From the NCBI GenBank assembly GCA_964187785.1, contig OZ076412.1, positions 17,980,001-18,044,000 on the forward strand: a stretch of 64,000 nt of DNA, written 5' to 3'. The position numbers and the translations under genes were made by a program. This DNA comes from Amphiscolops sp. MND2022 (lineage: Eukaryota). Below, piece after piece: positions 50,901 to 61,800 of this stretch. Below the pieces are notes generated by a model. It saw only the letters and a program-made list of their open reading frames with translations, ran no database searches and was not told the origin of the DNA. The first letter of the stretch is position 1. Each line of letters opens with the position of its first letter.

Positions 50901-52340
50901 CCCTGCTAGGTGTTGTGCCGCATCTGAGAGGGTGCTGACAGGGTGGTTGTTGTTGATATAGTCATCTGCATTGAGGGCATTGATTTTCCGCAGATCCACC
51001 AATAGTCTCAGCTTGCCGTTGGGTTTTCGTTGTGCGAATATGGGGCTGGCATATTTGGAGAATGGGAGTGAGGTGATTATGCCGTATCTATGCATGATGG
51101 CCAGTTCTACCGTTAAATCTTCCTTGAGATTGATTGGGACTAGTAGGCTTGGTGTGTATACTGGTTTGTCGTCTTGTGGGGTTAAACTGACTTTAAATTG
51201 CGTATTCATTCCGATATCCAGTCTGTGACGGGCGAAGATGTCATGGAATTCGACAATGGTGTTTTCTAGGTTATCACGGTCTCTTCCCGTGATTAGTGAA
51301 ATGGTCCATTTGAACATTGTAAGGAACTTGTTCAGGGATTCTTCGTTTTCAATTGGATCAAGTTTTTCTAGTTCGGCAAGTTCCGGTAGTTCTTTCAAGA
51401 TTCGCTTTTGTATGGGCGAGTGTTCTTGTTCATTGCCGGGGTTTTCTGGGGTTTGGTACCAAAATTTTTCTTCATTATCCTCCGGTCGTTCTACTTGCAT
51501 TAGTGCATTGATGTACGTTACTAAATCGTTGTGTTCTCTGAGGAGATTGAGAGCTGCAATTTCCACTGGGCGGATCATCTTCGTTTCTTCTGGTTTGAGA
51601 GTCTCTAGTTCAGCTATTTTGGTATCTGTAGCTCTTGTATAAGGAAAATCTGTTGTATTGGCGATCTTTATTGTCACCTTTTTGTCTCTGGCAGTTGTTA
51701 TTGCCGGAGCTACCATTACTTTTGAACATTCGTCAAACTGTGGTAGGGGTTGAATTGTTCCAGTTATTGGATGTTCGGTACTCACTGGTATTGATGCGTG
51801 GATGATGCGTGTGGCATGTGCAGGTATCGTATGTTTTGATTCTGTTTTGATCATGATGGGTTTAGGGTTGCACTTTTGCATTTCGTCGGTGAGCGCCATC
51901 GTGATTTGGATCTTCGGGAAGTCAATTGTCCCTTGTGCAGTGTCTAGGATTGCGGCGTGTTTTCGGAGGAACGCTAATTCTTTTATGGGGAATGATGTTT
52001 GGTTCATGACAATGAACGTTTCTTCAAATGTGTAGTCCCCGATTTTGAAACGTAGAGTGTACGTGGCGAGTGGTTGTTCCATTTCGGCGTTAGCCTACTG
52101 CACTTTGAAAGGGGGTGGGGGTACTCTTGGCGATGCATTGACCAGCATTCTGTCGAAGTTGTCCGGCGTCCCTTTCACTAATAGCGCTAATGTACACACT
52201 TGAGTCGACTAAGACGTCGATTTTGACAGTGTTGAATTCAACTGGTAGAATACGCCATCGTTTTTTTTTCTTGAGTGCGATTGTAGACATTAACGGAATG
52301 TAGTCGTCATCTTTGTCGTGCTGGATGAATTCTTTGATGA
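47913..52340 (-). pseudogene. pol: Gypsy pol, frameshifted
   Basis: PR: VLVDSSVYISAI. RT: KYASPIFAQRKPNGKLRLLVDLRKIN, KLDCSQAYH, QYVDDIG. RH: MTDAS, VLTDNRSV. IN: HPGITK..CPNC, TDKGSQF, LERTHASLK, GPY motif. Confidence 0.93.
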
Positions 52341-52939
52341 CATCTAGATCTTCGGGTAGTTTTGAAGGACATTCCGTTTTTTCTTCGGCTTTGCTCTAGC
52401 GGGTGCGGTTTTTGGAGGTGATGCAGTAGGATCGGTTTTTCCTCGCTGTTCGCTTTCTTGTTGTGCCAATATTGTTTTATCTTCGATGCAGATGATGTTC
52501 TCTGCGTTTATCGGTGTGAACGGGATGGTGACGGGTACTATCGGGGAAGGTGTTGTCCTTTTCAGGATTGGTGACGGTGGTGATGGTAAATTTGTTGTTT
52601 CTGAGGGCTGAGCTTGAGGGTTCGGAACCTGGATTTTGAAAGAGAGTTTATTTGTGTCATATATGGTTGGTTCGTCCCAAAGATCACATCTATAGTCCCA
52701 GTCATATATGTAAATGCGTTCGGTTTTAGACTCTGGCAGAGGTCTTTTGAGTGTCGCATAATTATCCGGCGACTCCGTTATCCATTGGGGTAGTGGTGTT
52801 GGATCTTCTGTGTGTCTGGCATTATGTCTAAGTATCATGCCGACGTTCCAGCGACGCTGCCAGTCTTGGGTTGGTTCTTCGTTGCATTCCGTGAAAAAAT
52901 CCTCTTCGTACCTATTTGGGGGGTCTTCGATGGTGCACG

Positions 52940-52991
52940 CCCTCGCGTCCACTTTTTCCCCAAAGCGTAGGCGCGGCGATTTTAGTTTTTA
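52940..52991 (-). promoter_or_regulatory. Candidate -1 ribosomal frameshift signal at the gag end
   Basis: gag frame ends GCT AAA AAC TAA. The -1 frame runs open into the 52344-52952 ORF. A GC-rich stem (CGCGCC/GGACGCG) starts 9 nt downstream. The heptamer T AAA AAC is imperfect. Confidence 0.5.
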
Positions 52992-54396
52992 GCTTGGGTC
53001 GACGTGGTAGGTACGGGTTGTTTGCTGATCTTGTTCGTTGGGATGGTGACTTCTCGTTAGCATTTCCTGGGGTCATTTGCCGCATTAGCTACGTCCCAAC
53101 AGTTCTCAGTTTTGTGCATCTTTCCACACGTATCGCATTTGGGCGTTAGTGGTTCATTTTGATTTGAATCTTTTTTGTTCGTTTTTGTGTTGGCGTAGTA
53201 TCGCTCTTTTTGAAGTCGGCAACACTTTTGTGCTTTGCAGTGGCCACATTTGCCACAGTGGAACCAATACCCTCTTTGCTATTGTTCTTTCATTTCATCC
53301 GCCACTGCGTCGTCCACTGTGTTAAGGGGGACTAGGGTAGTTTCATCAGGCGCGCCTAGTCCGTTTAATTGCATCTCTCGTTCAAGATGCAGAACGATAT
53401 CGTTGTAAGGCTTGTCTTCTAAGTATGCCCTGTTGAGAATCTTTTTAACGTGGTCTGGCGTTTTAGCGTATATTGTTTTATCAATGAATTTTTGTGCCTC
53501 AGATCCAAAGGCTTCTTTTGCAGTTTTTCGCAATGTGCCAAGGAATTCCTGGAGTTTTTGCTTGGTGGGGTCGAAATGCAACGGGCCCCATTCGCATCTT
53601 GCTTTGGCGGAGGACTGAAAATCGCCTAAGCGACGTTTGAAAGCCGTTATGACTTCTTCCAAATTATTCTTTTTAGTGTCGTCGAGATTACAGTACGCTT
53701 GGAGAGCATTCCCTCGTAGCAATAAGTGGAAGTAATTTGTTTTTTGAATCTCTGTGAGATGAGGGTACATTTTGATGTTATTTCGGAAAAGGTCCTCAAA
53801 AAGTTCAAACTTTTCGGACAACCGTCGAAAACTGGAAGCGAAGCAGTGAGCGCTTTCGGCATTGGGAGTAGGTTGGCAAATGGGAATGTCTGCGGTTGGG
53901 GTGCGAACAGTGTTTTAGATTTTGAGGGACGCTCTTTTGTTAATTCGCCAGATGCACGTTGTTGTTTCGGTCTTTTGGTGATTTGATTTGTGGAGTCATT
54001 GAGGACTCCTGTCACCATGTTACGACTATTTACTGGGGTAGTTTTAGAGCTAGTCGCAATTGTTGTTTTAACAGGTGTTGACAATCTGGCAACGGAGATG
54101 TTTTCAGGCTCAGAATCAAAATCTTGGTCATTTGTGCAAGTGGGGCATTTTCTACTTAAAGGTGCTATCAATTTGAGCATTTCCTTTTGGTTCTCACTTC
54201 GTACTTTTGAAAGATCAGATAAGCTTTCTTTTCTCAAAGACGTTTTTGTTTCGTCTAAGTATTCTGGCTCAGTCTTGAGAGTTTTACTAGGACCTGCGAT
54301 TAAATCCTCAGACGGGATATTCTCTTTTACATGGGTTTCGAAATCTCCAGAAACTAGCTCAGCTAAAAGTTTCCTCTTTTGGCTTCTAGTTTTCAT
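52982..54396 (-). pseudogene. gag: Gypsy gag, starting inside the 5' LTR
   Basis: ATG at 54396; capsid-like FELFEDLF..LLRGNALQAY; zinc-knuckle-like HCGKCGHCKAQKC and CDTCGKMHKTENC; at least one frameshift and a stop. Confidence 0.85.
54003..54017 (-). promoter_or_regulatory. Primer binding site, tRNA-Leu-like
   Basis: TGGTGACAGGAGT directly after the LTR end ...AACA; 12/13 match to TGGTGTCAGGAGT. Confidence 0.7.
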
Positions 54397-55743
54397 TTTT
54401 CAGGTTGAAAATTCAAAGTCTTCGGTAAAATTAAATTCTTCGAAGAATGTTGTTTTTTTTTCGTTGTTGCAACGGAACTATATTGATACAGAGTGATATC
54501 ACAATTGACCAAACTTTACATGTGAGTCCTACAAATTTATACCTTTCCAGCATCAATTGTTCCTCACCTAAAATTTCCTAGATATCTTAAAAATCGGGTT
54601 TGTTCATCAAAAAGAGCTTATAATTCAAATTATTTCAGCCCTGCGTCATAAAATCAGGTATCGAAATTCCTAGTTTCGTGGTTATTCCGTACTACTTGTT
54701 GAAATCATTTTTGTTCATACAATTCCATTTCCTGTTTAAGTCTCAAAAGTGCGGCAAAACAAAAATCTAGCTGAGACTTTCATCGACGAACGGACGCCGG
54801 CGTGATCAATTAGTCACTTGCCAAGTTAGTAAATTAGTGTTCGAAGCAAAAGTATGACACTCAAAAATATTGACGGAAATGAAACGGAATAAAGGAATTT
54901 ACAAAATGGGAAATACCTAAATACTGGAAAGGAACAAACAATGCTGAAACGACATATCACAATTATCAACTCAAACAAACATTCATCATACCTTTAACAA
55001 TAGTATGGGTTAAACACAAACACTAACAATTACAACGAAGACAACCCGTTTGTATAAAACATCATCACCATCAAAAGTAAAAGAATAGTGTAAAATTTTC
55101 ATTTATCAAAATAGGCAACAGACTAGCATGGAATAGGTAGCATCTCATGATTACAGTAGTGTCACAAACTCAGGAAATTTCAAGCAAACGTTTGGAAAGT
55201 GCGTTGATCTTACGCTGCATTTTCGCTTTCATTGTCAAAATGTATCTTCCATAAATTGAAGCTGTTCAATTGGAACTGCTTTGTTGATGAGTAAATTGCA
55301 ACGTAAGTCAACCGTATTTCAGCCTTGGCAGCATCAAAGTAATACTTCAGTTTTTCTTACAGTACAACTTTTCCTTATATGAAATCCTATTCCAAAGATC
55401 ACTCAAATGCGTCGATTCAAAAAGGAACTACGTCAGAATTCCGTTTGTACCAATACCTCATATCTACAGTTTTACCGTTTGCTCCGTAAATGCTCCTTAT
55501 GTATTAAGATTAGTTATAGCTAACCAGCGGCATACAATTTTACAATCCGCTCCGTAGTCGTTCCGTACGTATAAAGGTTAGTTGTAGCTGAGCGGCGGTG
55601 GTTTTCGGAGAGAAAGCGGAGCGCGAATGGGAATTCATTTTCTTTCTCTTAGGTAATTGGCGTTGCTAGGGGCAGCCGAGCACAATTCTATCGGCACGAG
55701 CTTAAATTGTTCAATTAAGGAACGACGCTATTGGTCCGTAAAA
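54018..55743 (-). repeat. 5' LTR (1726 bp)
   Basis: Pair of 43309-45021; abuts the PBS; TATAAAT at about 54535. Confidence 0.92.
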
Positions 55744-55805
55744 ATTCTGACGTTTTTGGTACTTTGAGACTTTTTCTATGTTATTTTATGTGCAGTCGGG
55801 AATAA

Positions 55806-58800
55806 CTCCTAAAGTTATACGTGACCAACATAGAGTTCAAAAGAAGGCATGAACTAGAACCAGTCAAGTGGTTCATTGAAAATTTGATTGTAAAACAGTA
55901 TGTAATCTACGCTTCTTTTTTTCGAAAATTCTTGTTACTAAACCCTCTTTTCAGTTCACTTTTATAGAAAATGTAGCCCTAGTCTAGTTTGTATCTAGTT
56001 CAATGCCTCAACCGATTTCGACCTGAATTCTGCAATAAAATGGTCTGATACTATAGACTCAGACAATTTATAAAAATTGTGTGCTTGTATAGTTGTGTTG
56101 TCCTATTTTTATGATGCTCTTTTACCGAATACCTGTTTGCTTAGTGCATATGATACATTGTTCATAAAAAGATAGAACAAGATTGAAAACAGCTGATTTG
56201 CAATGAAGATATCTCTTTTATAGAAGGGCTAGAATTCAATATAACGCAGTCAGTATAACCCTTAAAGTTATACGTGACCAACATAGAGTTCAAAAGAAGG
56301 CATGAACTAGAACCAGTCAAGTGGTTCATTGAAAAACAGATTGTAAAACAGTATGTAATCTACGCGACTGCGCCGTTTTTGAAATTGAAGAACTTTAAGT
56401 TGTATTTCCCAGGTTGTCTGTTATGACCCGTTCATGGAAAATTATCTTTGATCCTGGATGTTTCGACGCAATACTTCTAGTTTCATGGTAAATCTTGGAT
56501 GGCCCAATTGCAGGGCATGGCCCCATGGATTTTGTCCCATGATTCATCCATGATGAGCCATGTTTAAAACTTCATTCAAAGTCGAAAATGTTCTCATTCT
56601 GAGTCAGATTGTGTCTCTTGTTCTGTCTCTTGTTTCTGAGGGTTACCTTAATAGCCTGGATAGAATTAAGGACGCTTTTCAGCACCGCATTACCTGAAGC
56701 CTCGAGATAGGTAAGGTTTAAGTTCGCATTAGGTGGGCTTTTGATGGTTTTTGGGATGGTTTTCGATGGAAATGCCTAAAAACGCGTCTTTTGAGATCAA
56801 TTTTAGCGAAAATGTAGAATTACTCTAGTTCGTATCTAGATCAATGCCTCGACCAGTTTCGACATGAATTCTGCAATTATATGGTTAAATACCTATCAAT
56901 CGTACTGTATTTTTGTTGAATTCATGTCTTTTTTTTCGAAAAATCTTGTTACTAAACTCCTCTTTTCAGCTCACATTTATAGAAAATGTAGCCCTAGTCT
57001 AGTTTGTATCTAGTTCAATGCCTCAACCGATTTCGACCTGAATTCTGCAATAAAATGGTCTGATACTATAGACTCAGACAATTTATAAAAATTGTGTGCT
57101 TGTATAGTTGTGTTGTCCTATTTTTATGATGCTCTTTTACCGAATACCTGTTTGCTTAGTGCATATGATACATTGTTCATAAAAAGATAGAACAAGATTG
57201 AAAACAGCTGATTTGCAATGAAGATATCTCTTTTATAGAAGGGCTAGAATTCACCATAACACAGTCAGTATAACCCTTAAAGTTATACGTGACCAACATA
57301 GAGTTCAAAAGAAGGCATGAACTAGAACCAGTCAAGTGGTTCATTGAAAAACAGATTGTAAAACAGTATGTAATCTACGCGACTGCGCCGTTTTTGAAAT
57401 TGAAGAACTTTGAGTTGTATTTCCCAGGTTGTCTGTTATGACCCGTTCATGGAAAATTATCCTTGATCCTGGATGTTTCGACGCAATACTTCTAGTTTCA
57501 TGTTAAATCTTTGATGGCCTATGGCAGGGCATGGCCCCATGGATTTTGACCCATGATTCATCCACGATGAGCCATGTTGAAAACTTCATTCAAAGTTAAA
57601 AATTTTCTCATTCTGAGTCAGATTGTGTCTCTTGTTCTGTTCTGTCTCTTGTTTCTGAGAGTTACCTTAATAGCCTGGATAGAATTAAGGACGTTTTTCA
57701 GCACCGCATATCCTGAAGCTTCGAGATAGGTAAGGTTTAAGTTAGCATTAGGTGGGCTTTTGATGGTTTTTGGGATGGTTTTCGATGGAAATGCCTAAAA
57801 ACGCGTCTTTTCAGATCAAATTTAGAGAAAATGTAGAATTACTGTAGTTTGTATCTAGATCAATGCCTCGACCAATTTCGACCTGAATTCTGCAATTATA
57901 TGGTTTATTACCTATGAACCGTACTGTATTTTTGTTGAATTCATGTCTTTTTTTTCGAAAAATCTTGTTACTAAACTCCTCTTTTCAGTTCACTTTTATA
58001 GAAAATGTAGCCCTAGTCTAGTTTGTATCTAGTTCAATGCCTCAACTGATTTCGACCTGAATTCCGCAATAAAATGGTCTGATACTATAGACTCAGACAA
58101 ATTATAATAATTGTGTGCTTGTATAGTTGTGTTGTCTATTTATATGATGCTCTTTTACCGATTACCTGTTTGCTTAGTGCATATGATACATTGTTCATAA
58201 AAAGATAGAACAAGATTGAAAACAGCTGATTTGCAATGAAGATATCTCTTTTACAGAAGGGCTAGAATTCACCATAACGCAGTCAGTATAACCCTTAAAG
58301 TTATACGTGACCAACATAGAGTTCAAAAGAAGGCATGAACTAGAACCAGGCAAGTGGTTCATTGAAAAACAGATTGTAAAACAGTATGTAATCTACGCGA
58401 CTGCGCCGTTTTTGAATTTGAAGAACTTTAAGTTGTATTTCCCAGGTTGTCTGTGATGACCCGTTCATGGAAAATTATCCTTGATCATGGATGTTTCGAC
58501 GCAATACTTCTAGTTTCATGGTAAATCTTGGATGGCCCATGGCAGGGCATGGCCCCATGGATTTTGTCCCATGATTCATCCATGATGAGCCATGTTGAAA
58601 ACTTCATTCAAAGTCGAAAATTTTCTCATTTTGAGTCAGATTGTGTCTCTTGTTCTGTCTCTTGTTTCTGAGAGTTACCTTAATAGCCTGGATAGAATTA
58701 AGGACGCTTTTCAGCACCGCATATCCTGAAGCCTCGAGATAGGTAAGGTTTAAGTTAGCATTAGGTGGGCTTTTGATGGTTTTTGGGATGGTTTTTGATG

Positions 58801-61800
58801 GAAATGCCTAAAAATGCGTCTTTTCAGATCAATTTTAGAGAAAATGTAGAATTACTCTAGTTTGTATCTAGATCAATGCCTTGACCAATTTCGACCTGAA
58901 TTCTGCAATTATATGGATTAATACCTATGAATTGTACTGTATTTTTGTTGAATTCAATTTTTTTTTCGAAAATTCTTGTTAATAAACCCTCTTTTCAGTT
59001 CCCCTTTATAGAAAATGTAGCCCTAGTCTAGTTTGTATCTAGTTCAATGCCTCAACCGATTTCGACCTGAATTCTGCAATAAAATGGTCTGATACTATAG
59101 ACTCAGACATGTTATAATGATTGTTTGCTTGTATATTTGTGTTGTCCTATTTATATGATGCTCTTTTACCGAATACCTGTTTGCTTAGTGCATATGATAC
59201 ATTGTTCATAAAGAGCTAGAACAAGATAGAAAACAGCTGAGTTGCAATGAAGATATCTTTTTTATAGAAGGGCAAGAATTCGATATAACGCAGTCAGTAT
59301 AACCCTTAAAGTTATACGTGACCAACATAGAGTTCAAAAGAAGGCATGAACTAGAACCAGTCAAGTGGTTCATTGAAAAACAGATTGTAAAACAGTATGT
59401 AATCTACGCGACTGCGCCGTTTTTGAAATTGAAGAACTTTAAGTTGTATTTCCCAGGTTGTCTGTTATGACCCGTTCATGGAAAATTATCCTTGATCCTG
59501 GATGATTCGACGCAATACTTCTAGTTTCATGGTAAATCTTGGATGGCCCATGGCAGGGCATGGCCCCATGGATTTTGTCCCATGATTCATCCATGATGAG
59601 CCATGTTGAAAACTTCATTCAAAGTCGAAAATTTTCTCATTCTGAGTCAGATTGTGTCTCTTGTTCTGTCTCTTGTTTCTGAGAGTTACCTTAATAGCCT
59701 GGATAGAATTAAGGACGCTTTTCAGCACTGCATATCCTAAAGCCTCGAGATAGGTAAGGTTTAAGTTAAGGCTTTTGATGGTTTTTGGGATGGTTTTCGA
59801 TGGAAATGCCTAAAAACGCGTCTTTTCAGATCAATTCTAAAGAAAATGTAGAATTACTCTAGTTTGTATCTAGATCAATGCCTCGACCGATTTCGACCTG
59901 AATTCTGCAGTTATATGGTTAAAAACCTATGAATCGTACTGTATTTTTGTTGAATTAATGTCTTTTTTTTTCAAAAAATCTTGTTACTAAACTCCTCTTT
60001 TCAGTTCACATTTATAGAAAATGTAGCCCTAGTCTAGTTTGTATCTAGTTCAATGTCTCAACCGATTTCGACATGAATTCTGCAATAAAATGGTCTGATA
60101 CTATAGACTCAGACAATTTATAAAAATTGTGTGCTTGTATAGTTGTGTTGTCTTATTTATACGATGCTCTTTTACCGAATACATGTTTGGTTAGTGCATA
60201 TGATACATTGTTCATAAAGAGATAGAACAAGATTGAAAACAGCTGATTTGCAATGAAGATATCTCTTTTATAGAAGGCTAGAATTCACCATAACGCAGTC
60301 AGTATAACCCTTAAAGTTATACGTGACCAACATAGAGTTCAAAAGAAGGCATGAACTAGAACCAGTCAAGTGGTTCATTGAAAAACAGATTGTAAAACAG
60401 TATGTAATCTACGCGACTGCGCCGTTTTTGAAATTGAAGAACTTTAAGTTGTATTTCCCAGGTTGTCTGTTATGACCCGTTCATGGAAAATTATCCTTGA
60501 TCCTGGATGAATCGACGCAATACTTCTAGTTTCATGGTAAATCTTGGATCGCCCATGGCAGGGCATGGCCCCATGGATTTTGTCCCATGATTCATCCATG
60601 ATGAGCCATGTTGAAAACTTCATTCAAAGTCGAAAATTTTCTCATTCTGAGTCAGATTGTGTCTCTTGTTCTGTCTCTTGTTTCTGAGAGTTACCTTAAT
60701 AGCCTGGATAGAATTAAGGACGCTTTTCAGCACTGCATATCCTAAAGCCTCGAGATAGGTAAGGTTTAAGTTAGGGCTTTTGATGGTTTTTGGGATGGTT
60801 TTCGATGGAAATGCCTAAAAACGCGTCTTTTCAGATCAATTTTAGAGAAAATGTAGAATTACTCTAGTTTGTATCTAGATCAATGCCTCGACCGATTTCG
60901 ACCTGAATTCTGCAGTTATATGGTTAAAAACCTATGAATCGTACTGTATTTTTGTTGAATTAATGTCTTTTTTTTCAAAAAATCTTGTTACTAAACTCCT
61001 CTTTTCAGTTCACATTTATAGAAAATGTAGCCCTAGTCTAGTTTGTATCTAGTTCAATGTCTCAACCGATTTCGACATGAATTCTGCAATAAAATGGTCT
61101 GATACTATAGACTCAGACAATTTATAAAAATTGTGTGCTTGTATAGTTGTGTTGTCTTATTTATACGATGCTCTTTTACCGAATACATGTTTGGTTAGTG
61201 CATATGATACATTGTTCATAAAGAGATAGAACAAGATTGAAAACAGCTGATTTGCAATGAAGATATCTCTTTTATAGAAGGCTAGAATTCACCATAACGC
61301 AGTCAGTATAACCCTTAAAGTTATACGTGACCAACATAGAGTTCAAAAGAAGGCATGAACTAGAACCAGTCAAGTGGTTCATTGAAAAACAGATTGTAAA
61401 ACAGTATGTAATCTACGCGACTGCGCCGTTTTTGAAATTGAAGAACTTTAAGTTGTATTTCTCAGGTTGTCTGTTATGACCCGTTCATGGAAAATTATCC
61501 TTGATCCGGGATGTTTCGACGCAATACTTCTAGTTTCATGGTAGTCTTGGATGGCCCATGGCAGGGCATGGCCCCATGGATTTTGTCCCATGATTCATCC
61601 ATGATGAGCCATGTTGAAAACTTCATTCAAAGTCGAAAATTTTCTCATTCTGAGTCAGATTGTGTCTCTTATTCTGTCTCTCGTTTCTGAGAGTTACCTT
61701 AATAGCCTGGATAGAATTAAGGACGCTTTTCAGCACCGCATATCCTTAAGCCTCGAGATAGGTAAGGTTTAAGTTAGCATTAGGTGGGCTTTTGATGGTT

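Larger units (their letters stand above)
43309..55743 (-). mobile_element. Near-complete, decayed Ty3/Gypsy LTR retrotransposon (12.4 kb)
   Basis: Paired LTRs, PBS, gag with two zinc-knuckle-like motifs, domain order PR-RT-RH-IN; no TSD found. Confidence 0.93.

Noticed and set aside
50971-51642. Plus-strand ORFs over pol
   Set aside because: Antisense shadows of RT codons.
53990-54496. 168-aa plus-strand ORF, and its copy at 43424-43774
   Set aside because: Antisense shadow of the LTR-encoded gag start; no independent evidence.
43304-55750. Target-site duplication for the 12.4-kb Gypsy
   Set aside because: The flanks TCCCG and ATTCT do not match at any boundary I tried.
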